From Candidatus Acidiferrales bacterium (GTDB taxonomy: Bacteria; Acidobacteriota; Terriglobia; Acidiferrales; UBA7541), in assembly GCA_049678845.1 (NCBI GenBank), contig JBAUEX010000183.1, positions 1-56,286 on the forward strand: a DNA stretch of 56,286 nucleotides, read 5' to 3'. The notes under the pieces were generated by a model, which saw only the letters and a list, made by a program, of their open reading frames with translations, made no database searches and was not told the origin of the DNA. The position numbers were made by a program, and so were the translations under genes. This document shows, one piece after another, positions 18,541 through 27,916 of this stretch. Positions within the stretch are counted from its first letter, which is position 1, and every line of letters begins with the position of its first letter.

Positions 18541-18561
18541 AAATCTAAAGCCTCCTAGCGA

Positions 18562-18577
18562 TGTTCCACGTGAAACA
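18562..18577. promoter_or_regulatory. parS site 2
   Basis: TGTTCCACGTGAAACA is an exact match to the classical parS consensus TGTTNCACGTGAAACA. Confidence 0.8.
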
Positions 18578-18637
18578 TCTTGCGCATCCATTGACCATTC
18601 TGTTAGATTTCAGTTCAAACTCAGCTGGGGGGAGCGG

Positions 18638-19471
<834 letters not shown>

Positions 19472-20356
19472 CCCGCCTGGCTCTTCGCCGCCCGCAGGCC
19501 AAGCTGCTGCCGCGGTCGCGCCCGCTCGCGCCGCCAACTCCTCCGACTCCCCCCTCCAAGTCGACATCGACCTGATCGACCCCAGCCCCTATCAGCCGCG
19601 GACACGCTTCGCCCAATCCGCTCTCGACGAATTGGCGCAATCGATTCGCCGCACCGGAATTATCCAGCCGCTCGTCGTCCGCAGACGCGGCTCTCGTTTT
19701 CAGTTGCTTGCCGGTGAGCGCCGCTGGCGCGCAGCTCAACTCGTGTCGATGCACCGCGTCCCCGTCGTCGTCCAAGACGTTCCAGATGAAAAGGCGATGG
19801 AAATTACTCTCGTCGAAAACCTGCAACGCGAGGACCTTAATCCTATAGAACAAGCTCAGGCTTTCGATCGACTGATTCTGGAATTTCATCTGACACAAGA
19901 GGAGGCCGCGGAGCGCACGGGAAAGGAACGCGCAACGGTCGCCAACGCGCTTCGCCTTCTGCGACTCGACCATTCCATTCGCGAAATGGTCGAAGACGGG
20001 CGCCTGACCGCGGGTCACGCACGCGCACTGCTCGCGATTGAAGATCAGCCCTTGCGCACAGAAACAGCCAGGCGCGCCGCTCGCGGCAACTTGACTGTTC
20101 GCCAAATCGAGCGCCTCGCCACACACACTCGTCGTCACCGCGCCGCATCTGACCCGGTCACCCTCGACGCCAACACTCGCGCCGCAATCGACGAGCTGCA
20201 GCGCGTCCTAGGCACACGCGTCACCGTCAACCCCTGTACCAAAGGACATCCCGGCCAGGTCATTGTCGAGTTCTACAACGAGAGTGATCTCGACCGTCTC
20301 TATCAGCTAATCGTTGCGAGATAATTCGGGATGCTTGCTTTTTGAGGAGGAGTCCC

Positions 20357-20779
20357 GTGACTGCGAAATGGCTAGGCGGTAAGTCCGGCGGTTCATCGGA
20401 GTGGGCGGGTTTCATCGATCGCGGCGTTTCGATCGAAGGCAAGATCAAAATCGCCGGAATGTTTCGCGTCGATGGCCACGTGAAAGGCAACATCGCATCC
20501 GATCACGGCCTGCTCCTTGGTGAAAACTCCCATGTCGAAGGCCAGATCGATGCAAACGATGTGACCATTGCTGGCCGGTTCGACGGCAGCATCTTCGCGA
20601 AAGAACGCGTCGAGATTCAGTCGAAAGGCGTCGTCACCGGAGAAATCCATTCGCCGTGTCTGGTAATCCAGCCCGGCGGAATTCTGGACGGCCATTGCCA
20701 CATGCTTTCGGCAGCCCGACAGGACGAGCCGCTGACGATTCCCATTCGCTCCAGCTCACAAGTGGTTTCACAAGCCTAG
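20357..20779 (+). CDS. bactofilin family cytoskeletal protein
   Basis: Beta-helical repeat pattern (IEGKIKIAGMFRVDGHVKGNI...VEGQIDANDVTIAGRFDGSIFAKERVEIQSKGVVTGEI). GTG 20357 follows GAGGAGG; the track start is TTG 20342. Confidence 0.8.
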   Translation: MTAKWLGGKSGGSSEWAGFIDRGVSIEGKIKIAGMFRVDGHVKGNIASDHGLLLGENSHVEGQIDANDVTIAGRFDGSIFAKERVEIQSKGVVTGEIHSPCLVIQPGGILDGHCHMLSAARQDEPLTIPIRSSSQVVSQA

Positions 20780-20831
20780 AATCGCCGATGTCGTCGCGGA
20801 ATTTTCAACCAAGCGGAATCACGGGCTGGAA

Positions 20832-21359
20832 TCAGCGAGCAGGAGTTTCGTGCTGGATGTTTGCCATCACGGAGAGAAATTCGTGGGCATATGCCGCGGG
20901 ACCAATGTAATCCACCGATGTCAAATCCTTCGGCGCGACGCAGTTAATCCACCGTTGATCACGCTGAGTCAGCGAAGTGAATGTCCAGCAGTACCCCCCT
21001 TGGTTGCCAATACGGATGTCTTCCTGCCCGGACGGTGTATAACCCCTGGCGCGCAAAAATTTTGACTGCACCCCGGCAAAAACATCGTAATCAAACTGAT
21101 AGGTTTTCGAGAAATGAACCGGCAAGAAAGTCGCCTCTGGATTATCTTGCCATGATAAGCGCGACATTCGTATCACGCTGATCCCTTCACCGCGGCGCAC
21201 CGCGTACCATCCGAACGGTACCGTTATCTTCCATGAACGAAACACGACTGAGCGGCCGTGTACAATGTGCCAGCCTGCCGAAACCACCTCCGGCAGCAGA
21301 ATCGCCAAACTCAGAAACACAATGGCGGCGCCAATCTTCCATTTGGTTTTGGGGCTCAT
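20832..21359 (-). CDS. hypothetical membrane-anchored protein
   Basis: N-terminal TM or signal segment (KIGAAIVFLSLAILLPEVVSA). No family recognised. Confidence 0.5.
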   Translation of the reverse strand: MSPKTKWKIGAAIVFLSLAILLPEVVSAGWHIVHGRSVVFRSWKITVPFGWYAVRRGEGISVIRMSRLSWQDNPEATFLPVHFSKTYQFDYDVFAGVQSKFLRARGYTPSGQEDIRIGNQGGYCWTFTSLTQRDQRWINCVAPKDLTSVDYIGPAAYAHEFLSVMANIQHETPAR

Positions 21360-21492
21360 GAGTGCCCTACCATGTTACGTTGTGCCCTCGTCAAATGGAA
21401 TTACTTCCGACGGCGTGGGTGTCCGATTTGTACATCGTCAAGCGTATAATCCATCGAGTTAGATCGCGTCGAACAGTAGGGAGGGAAGCGCC

Positions 21493-22554
21493 TTGGCAGA
21501 TCCCGTGCGTCTGACGTCCGCCGCCAAGGCCGCTGGTTGAGCGGCCAAGCTGAGTCCAGGTCTTTTGGACTCCGTGCTTCGCCGTTTGCCGCGGCCGACT
21601 GATCCCAATTTGCTCGTTGGTTTCGACACCAGCGACGACGCAGGGGTGTATCGACTCTCGGACGACCTCGCCCTCGTGCAAACCGTCGATTTCCTCACGC
21701 CCATCGCCGACGATCCGTTCACTTTCGGCCAAATCGCCGCCGCGAATTCCCTCAGCGACGTTTACGCCATGGGTGGCCGCCCCGTCTCCGCCCTCTCGAT
21801 TGTCGGATTTCCTGACGGCGGCGATGCCACTGTCTTGGAGCAAATCCTCCGCGGCGGCCTTTCGAAAATGGACGAGGCTCGCTGCACCATCGTCGGCGGT
21901 CATTCCGTTCGAGACGATGATTTGAAATTCGGCTACGCCGTCACCGGCGTCATCAACCCCAAGAATATCTGGCGCAACATCGGCGCGCGCCACGGCGATG
22001 TTTTAATTCTCACAAAACCCATCGGCACGGGCGTCATCGCCACGGCGCTCAAGGCGGGCAAAGCCCCGGCAGGCTCCATCGAAGCCGCCATCACTTCCAT
22101 GACGCGCTTGAATCGCGACGCCGCCGAAGCTCTGCATGAAATCGAAAAATCCGCTCAGCATGACCCACCTATTCATGCTGTAACCGACGTCACAGGCTTC
22201 GGCCTTCTCGGCCACGCGCGCGAAATGGCCGCAGGCAGCGACGTTTCGTTGCGCCTCGACCACGCGAAAGTCCCGCTTCTCCCCGGTGCGCGCGAGGCGG
22301 CCCACGGCGGCTTTCTCGCTGGCGGCCTGAAGAGCAATCGCGAATTCATCGCAAGCTGCGTTGAATTTACCGCAACCGTCAACGAAGATTTCCGTGCGCT
22401 CTTCTTCGATCCGCAAACTTCCGGCGGCCTCCTCATCGCCATCGTCCCGGAACGCGCCGCCGCCGTCTGTGCCGAGCTTCAGCGCCGTCAAATCCCTGCC
22501 GCCAAAATCGGCGAAGTCCTTCCAAAACGTTCCCCGCTCATCGAAATCTTTTGA
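21493..22554 (+). CDS. selD: selenide, water dikinase (selenophosphate synthetase), Sec-containing
   Basis: The track ORF (21565) lacks the catalytic N-terminus. The same frame upstream reads LADPVRLTSAAKAAG-TGA-AAKLSPGLLDSVL, with the TGA (21538-21540) at the Cys17 position of E. coli SelD. TTG 21493 follows GGGAGGG. Confidence 0.8.
21547..21579 (+). promoter_or_regulatory. SECIS-like hairpin downstream of the selD UGA
   Basis: GAGTCCA (21552-21558) pairs with TGGACTC (21566-21572), with loop GGTCTTT. The stem is extended by AAGC (21547-21550) pairing with GCTT (21576-21579). The main stem starts 11 nt after the UGA. Confidence 0.55.
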
Positions 22555-22563
22555 GGAGATTCA

Positions 22564-23133
22564 ATGGCGCTGGTTGCTGAACTCGAAAGCATTCGCCAGC
22601 AAACAAACGCAAACAGCGAACGTCTTAAGGAACTGTGCGCGTCCCTTAACGAAGCCCAACTCGCCTGGCGCCCAAGACTGTCCAGTTGGTGTATTGCCGA
22701 AGTCCTACTCCACCTCGAACGCACCACTCACGTCTTCTTGCCCGTTATGGACAATGCGATCGAAAGCGCGCGCCGCAACGGCCTCTTGAGCAACGGCCCT
22801 TTTCGCCTGGGCTTCATGGGGAGATTTTACGTTTGGTACGTCGAACCGCCGTCGCGCATTCGTCTGCCAGCTCCGAAGATCATTCGACCACTCTTTGAGG
22901 GCTCTGCTTTGGATGCACTGCCTCGATTTTTGCAGGCACAGGAATTGATGAAACAGCGCCTCGACCATGCCAATGGGATTGACATTGACCGCACGCGGAT
23001 CACTTCGCCGTTGGCAGGCATCATAAAGATGAGTCTCTTCGCCCTGTTTTCCGTGGGTGCAGCGCACGAGCGCCGGCATATTTGGCAGGTATCCAATCTC
23101 CGCGCTCAGCTAGCTTCTCTACCGTCACCATAA
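22564..23133 (+). CDS. DinB family protein
   Basis: DinB-like four-helix pattern with conserved His residues (AEVLLHLERTTH ... AAHERRH). GAGGAG lies upstream of the ATG. Confidence 0.75.
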   Translation: MALVAELESIRQQTNANSERLKELCASLNEAQLAWRPRLSSWCIAEVLLHLERTTHVFLPVMDNAIESARRNGLLSNGPFRLGFMGRFYVWYVEPPSRIRLPAPKIIRPLFEGSALDALPRFLQAQELMKQRLDHANGIDIDRTRITSPLAGIIKMSLFALFSVGAAHERRHIWQVSNLRAQLASLPSP

Positions 23134-23153
23134 ACTGTTAATCTTTATTCCAC

Positions 23154-24401
23154 ATGGATCCCGTCACACACGGCATCGCTGGCGCGCTGCTCGGCAAAGG
23201 ATTTTTCGCGAAACGGCCTTCCTCCAATCGATCAAACGACTCCACCGCTCGCATGGCCATCTTTGCAGCCACGCTTGGCGCCGTTTTCCCTGACGTAGAT
23301 GTTTTCGCCGATGCGTTCTCCCGCGATCCTTTAGGCATTGCACGCTATCATCGCGGCTTCACGCATTCTTTCATCGGCCTGCCGATTTTCGCCGCCGCTC
23401 TCGCGTGGCTCACGAGCGCCTTTGTACGGTGGTACGCCAAGCGCACCCATCGCGACGACCTCCACCGCCTCTCCTTCTACGTGCTCTTCACGATTTACGC
23501 CGCTGGAATCGCCAGCCACATCATTCTCGATGGCTTCACGTCTTTCGGCACACGCATGTTGAATCCGTTCTCGAAAGACCGCGTCGCCTGGGATTTCCTT
23601 TTCATCATCGACTTCGTTTTCACCGCGCTAATCCTGCTGCCGCAACTCGCCGCCTGGGTGCATCAACACCGCGAAACCGCAGTGAACCGCGCCGCCAAAA
23701 TGTGGGGTTTTTGCACGATTCTTGCGGTTGGCGCGTGGTCTCTCGCGCGAGCCGCGAAATTTCCATTTTCGATTTGGATCATTGTTGTCGCTTCGGCGCT
23801 TTTCGCCGCGCTGTTTTTTCTCCCCTTGCTCAATCACTGGGGCAGCCACGTTCGCCGGTCCGCATGGTGCCGCGTCGGTTTTTATGTCGCCTGCGCGTAC
23901 ATTATTGCGTGCGGCGTCGCGCATGGCGTCGCACTGTCGCGCGTCCGCGCATTCGCGGCGACGCATGGCCTGAACGTCGAGAAAATCGGAGCCTTGCCGC
24001 TTCCGCCTTCTCTCCTCGATTGGAATGGCATGGTTCTGACGCCCGCCGGCGTTTATCAATCCAGTTTCTCGCTTCGCGACGCCGACCAGCCCAATTTTCG
24101 CCTTGTGCCCGAGTCGCCGCCCAATCGTTTCACCGAAGAAGCTGCGCGCCTTGAGCCTGTGCAGACCTACCTCTGGTTCGCACGCTTTCCTGTGTGCCGC
24201 TTCATGTCCATCGGTGACCGAAAGATCGTTGAATATGCCGATCCGCGGTTTTTCGAGGGCAACACGCGCAACGGACCGATGCCATTCACCTTCGCCGTCA
24301 TTTTTGATTCGCAAGGTAAACTCTTGCATTACGGCTGGGTCCGAGGCGGGAATCCTTTGGGCAACGTCGCTCCGCAAGATCTCTCCGAGCACCCGCGATG
24401 A
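23154..24401 (+). CDS. membrane-bound metal-dependent hydrolase (YdjM/DUF457-like) with extra C-terminal domain
   Basis: N-terminus MDPVTHGIAGALLGKGFF, a conserved HRGFTHS motif, and several TM helices. Confidence 0.7.
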   Translation: MDPVTHGIAGALLGKGFFAKRPSSNRSNDSTARMAIFAATLGAVFPDVDVFADAFSRDPLGIARYHRGFTHSFIGLPIFAAALAWLTSAFVRWYAKRTHRDDLHRLSFYVLFTIYAAGIASHIILDGFTSFGTRMLNPFSKDRVAWDFLFIIDFVFTALILLPQLAAWVHQHRETAVNRAAKMWGFCTILAVGAWSLARAAKFPFSIWIIVVASALFAALFFLPLLNHWGSHVRRSAWCRVGFYVACAYIIACGVAHGVALSRVRAFAATHGLNVEKIGALPLPPSLLDWNGMVLTPAGVYQSSFSLRDADQPNFRLVPESPPNRFTEEAARLEPVQTYLWFARFPVCRFMSIGDRKIVEYADPRFFEGNTRNGPMPFTFAVIFDSQGKLLHYGWVRGGNPLGNVAPQDLSEHPR

Positions 24402-24994
24402 AAATCCAAATCTTCAGCGACATTCACGGCGACCTGAAATCTCTCGAACGCGCAATCGCGCCGCCGGCCGACATTTACATCGCCGCTGGCGACCTCTCGA
24501 CTTTCCGCCGCGGCTTGGATCGCTGCGGCGCAATACTCCAGAAAAAAGGGGAGCGCGTTTGGGTTCTGCCGGGCAACCACGAAACCGCCGAGGACACGCG
24601 CGAATTCTGCGCCCGCTTCGGCCTCACGGATTTTCATCGTCAGATTCGCCAGCTCGGCACGACGCAGTGGGCCGGCCTGGGCTATAGCAACCCGACGCCC
24701 TTCAACACGCCCGGCGAATACACGGAAGAAGAGATTGCCGACGCTCTCGCCGCCTTCAACGGCATTGCGCCTCTTTATCTCGTCGTGCATTTTCCGCCGT
24801 ACGGCACTAAACTCGACGAATTCGCGCCCGGCAAGCATGCCGGCAGCCCTGCGCTGCGCGAATGGGTCGAACGCGAGCAGCCCGAAATGCTCTTCTGCGG
24901 CCACATACACGAATGCGCGGGAAAGGCCGATCAACTCGGCCGCACACGCTGCTTCAACGTTGGCAAAGCCGGCTACCTGCTCGACCTTCCCTAG
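24398..24994 (+). CDS. metallophosphoesterase family protein
   Basis: Motifs DIHGD, AAGD, GNHE and GHIH. ATGA overlap with the upstream gene. Confidence 0.8.
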   Translation: MKIQIFSDIHGDLKSLERAIAPPADIYIAAGDLSTFRRGLDRCGAILQKKGERVWVLPGNHETAEDTREFCARFGLTDFHRQIRQLGTTQWAGLGYSNPTPFNTPGEYTEEEIADALAAFNGIAPLYLVVHFPPYGTKLDEFAPGKHAGSPALREWVEREQPEMLFCGHIHECAGKADQLGRTRCFNVGKAGYLLDLP

Positions 24995-25055
24995 TCTTAA
25001 TTGTCGTTCCGAGTGGAGCGAGGAATCTGCTTTCTGTTTTGCAGCGGTATGCGGG

Positions 25056-26780
25056 TCACGCTTTCGGAGGCTTATTCTTGAACGGACTATTCGTAGGAAG
25101 AGGATCGTTGCGGTTCAAATACAATTGCTGCGCGATTCCCACCACGCTGCTCGTAAAAATATAGAGCACCAACCCGCTCGAATACATGAACAGGAAAACG
25201 CCAAACGCCAGCGGCATCAGCGCCATCATTTTCTGCTGCGCCGGATCGGTCACCGTCTGCGGAGTCATTTTCGTCATGTAATACATCGCCACGGTCATCA
25301 AGACCGGCAAAATGTAATAGGGATCGCGCGCCGACAGGTCGTGGATCCATCCGAACCACGGTGCATGACGCAATTCGATCGAATATTCGAGCATTCTGTA
25401 CAACGCCCACCAAATCGGGAACTGAATCAGCTGCGGCAAACAGCCGCCGACCGGATTCGCGCCCTCCTCTTTGTAAATCGCGGACATTTCCTCCTGCATT
25501 CCCTTGCGCCGCGGGTCCCGCATCGAATATTTTTTGTATTTTTCCTGAATCGCTTTGATACGAGGCATCGCCTTCTGCATTCGCTTCATCGAATGCCAGC
25601 TCTTCACCTTCAGCGGAAAGAGCGCCATGTTGATCGCGATGGTCAGCAGAACAATGGCCCAGCCATAATTGGGAATGTACTTGTAAATCCATTTCAGAAC
25701 CCGCAGCAGCGGCTTCGCCACAATACTCATGTACCCAAATTGCACCAGGCCGCTGAGCGACGGCTGTAATTTCCCAAGCTCCGTCAAATCCTTCGGGCCA
25801 ACGTATAGCCGCGTGCTCCACGACCCTGGCGTTTGCGGGCCGGCGGCCATTTCCGCCACGGGCTGCTGCGTCGTCTTTCCGTCGTCCGTGACGTTTTGCT
25901 GTTGCGTCCAATCCCACAGCGTCATCCCCGGCTGATTGGGCAGAAACGCCGCCGTGAAGAACGTATCCTCAATCCCGGCTGCCTCCATGAACCCATTCAC
26001 TTGCGCCGGCTGGTCCTGATGATCTTTGATTCCCAGCTTTTTATAGTTGAAGTATTCAATCTTGCCGTTTTCGCTGTAGAAAACTTCGACGAGCGACGCG
26101 GCGCTCGACACCGACTGGTCGCCGAATCCGCCGCGCCACGCCACTCCCACGGGCAGCGGCTTCCCGTCCAGCGTCGCCGACACGTTCAACTCAACCTCGT
26201 ATCCTTGTCCGAATTTCAGTTGCTTTGAGACTTGCAGATGCCCATCGCTCCACTCGAAATCTACTTCCGCGGGAGCCTGCAGCGTCGAGCCGGAAGGAGT
26301 CACGGTGTACAGCGCGGAATTCGCTTCTGCATCGAGTTTCGGATCGTCCAAACGGGTGGAAAGCGGCCACGCTTTGAGTTGTTCCCCTGCCGCGGCATTC
26401 ACCAGCTCGAGCGGCTTCGGAGGTTTCTCATTGTCCTTATATTTATCGAGCTTCCAGCTCCGCACCACGCCGCCCCGATTCGACAGTTCCACGCGATACA
26501 ACCCGCCCTCGACAATAATCGTCTGCTCGCTCTTTGCTTCCTTCACGGGGACCGTCGGACCAGCTTCGCGCCCCGGTGCGCCGCCGCCCTGGGCCGCGGC
26601 AGTCTGCGTGTTCCCCATTCCGGGTCCTACCGTAGAAGGCTGTTGAACGCTCGCCGCAGAGGGATTTGTTTCAGGAGCTTTCGGAGGAACCGGAGGCTTG
26701 TAGAATCTCGACCACAGCATCAACACGAGGACCATCAACAACAGGGCTAAACCGGCGCGCTGCTCGTCGCTCAATTTCAA
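25056..26780 (-). CDS. yidC: membrane protein insertase YidC
   Basis: Large periplasmic P1 domain followed by the conserved 5-TM core (NYGWAIVLLTIAINMALFPL ... GGCLPQLIQFPIWWALY). Confidence 0.9.
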   Translation of the reverse strand: MKLSDEQRAGLALLLMVLVLMLWSRFYKPPVPPKAPETNPSAASVQQPSTVGPGMGNTQTAAAQGGGAPGREAGPTVPVKEAKSEQTIIVEGGLYRVELSNRGGVVRSWKLDKYKDNEKPPKPLELVNAAAGEQLKAWPLSTRLDDPKLDAEANSALYTVTPSGSTLQAPAEVDFEWSDGHLQVSKQLKFGQGYEVELNVSATLDGKPLPVGVAWRGGFGDQSVSSAASLVEVFYSENGKIEYFNYKKLGIKDHQDQPAQVNGFMEAAGIEDTFFTAAFLPNQPGMTLWDWTQQQNVTDDGKTTQQPVAEMAAGPQTPGSWSTRLYVGPKDLTELGKLQPSLSGLVQFGYMSIVAKPLLRVLKWIYKYIPNYGWAIVLLTIAINMALFPLKVKSWHSMKRMQKAMPRIKAIQEKYKKYSMRDPRRKGMQEEMSAIYKEEGANPVGGCLPQLIQFPIWWALYRMLEYSIELRHAPWFGWIHDLSARDPYYILPVLMTVAMYYMTKMTPQTVTDPAQQKMMALMPLAFGVFLFMYSSGLVLYIFTSSVVGIAQQLYLNRNDPLPTNSPFKNKPPKA

Positions 26781-27172
26781 TTCGCGACCTCCGCGCTGGC
26801 CCGTGCTTTGCGTTTATTTTCTGGCAACAGTTCCGGAACGGGATCATATCCACCGGCGGAAAACGGCCGGCACCGCAAAAATCGCTTCAGCCCCAGCCAC
26901 ACTCCGCGCCGCGCCCCAAATCGCTCGATGGCTTCATAGGTGTATCGCGAACAGGAAGGATGAAACTTGCAGCTGCCCCCGAAAAAGGGCCCGAGAAAAA
27001 TCTGATAGCCGCGCACGCTTGCCAGCGCCAGCCCTGTGAGAAATCGACGCGCAGTCCCGCCTTCTATTTTGCTGCCCGATTCTCCCGCGGCATCAAAGCC
27101 AGCAACTCCGTTTCGAGCTTCGAGAATTCCAGCGTCTCGACGGACCGGCTCGGATGTATCACCACGTCCCAT
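26777..27172 (-). CDS. yidD: membrane protein insertion efficiency factor YidD
   Basis: Conserved core YQIFLGPFFGGSCKFHPSCSRYTYEAIERFG...RCRPFSAGGYDPVP. The start is uncertain: ATG 27172 is the first canonical start, and it overlaps the rnpA 3' end. Confidence 0.7.
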   Translation of the reverse strand: MGRGDTSEPVRRDAGILEARNGVAGFDAAGESGSKIEGGTARRFLTGLALASVRGYQIFLGPFFGGSCKFHPSCSRYTYEAIERFGARRGVWLGLKRFLRCRPFSAGGYDPVPELLPENKRKARASAEVAN

Positions 27173-27402
27173 CCCGGCAGAATCTCCTCGCGATGCAATC
27201 GCAAAACTTCCCGGATGCGCCTTCGCATTCGATTGCGCACCACGGCATTGCCCAGCGCCTTCTTCACGCTCATTCCAAAACGGTCGCGCTCGAGCCCGTT
27301 CGCCCGCAGAAAAACCAGAAATGTCGCGCTCGACCGCCGCCGTCCTTCGCGGTACACCGCCTCGAATTCCGACCGTCGCACCAGCCGCCATTCGCGCGGC
27401 AA
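27064..27402 (-). CDS. rnpA: ribonuclease P protein component
   Basis: LVRRSEFEAVYREGRRRSS...VKKALGNAVVRNRMRRRIRE is typical RnpA. The track start (27537) overlaps rpmH. TTG 27402 is the most plausible start but is not certain. Confidence 0.7.
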   Translation of the reverse strand: MPREWRLVRRSEFEAVYREGRRRSSATFLVFLRANGLERDRFGMSVKKALGNAVVRNRMRRRIREVLRLHREEILPGWDVVIHPSRSVETLEFSKLETELLALMPRENRAAK

Positions 27403-27475
27403 ATTCCTTTTCGCGCGAGCCTTCGCGCCGGCGTCAGCACCCTGTTCGTGGCGACTCTCGGCGGGCGGTGGGCCG

Positions 27476-27616
27476 TCAGACCCGCGTGAGGTTGTGGCGT
27501 CCCTTTTTGCGGCGTCGCGCAAGGACTTTCTTCCCACCTTTGGTCTTCATTCGCGCGCGGAACCCATGCTTCTTGTGCCGCCGCCGGACATGCGGTTGAA
27601 ACGTACGCTTTACCAA
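27476..27616 (-). CDS. rpmH: 50S ribosomal protein L34
   Basis: Not in the ORF track (46 aa). Translation: [49 protein letters not shown] start, with AAGGAG 8 nt upstream. Confidence 0.85.
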   Translation of the reverse strand: MVKRTFQPHVRRRHKKHGFRARMKTKGGKKVLARRRKKGRHNLTRV

Positions 27617-27746
27617 TGAATCTTCTCCTTAAATAGTTGCTGCACCGTACTTCGCAAGCCCGTAGTTCGCAAAAATGCCCGCCCGCGAGCTGGCAAATCG
27701 CGCCGGTGAAGACCTGTTGGCTCTGGCATCGTTAAACGAAACAGCT

Positions 27747-27775
27747 AGTGTATTCGACCCTCCGTACCCGGTCAA
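27747..27775 (-). promoter_or_regulatory. sigma-70-like promoter for the rpmH operon
   Basis: On the minus strand: TTGACC (27775-27770), 17-nt spacer, TACACT (27752-27747). Confidence 0.35.
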
Positions 27776-27916
27776 GGAATGCTGCTGAGTTTTGCTTCTT
27801 CCCTCTTCGGTTGGCGGACGCCATCCGTGCCGGATACCATTGACGCGCGCTCTGCGCCATCGTAACGTGGCCCGTCGTTGCGCTCGCCGGAACCATCTGC
27901 GGAGCATCGAACAAAT

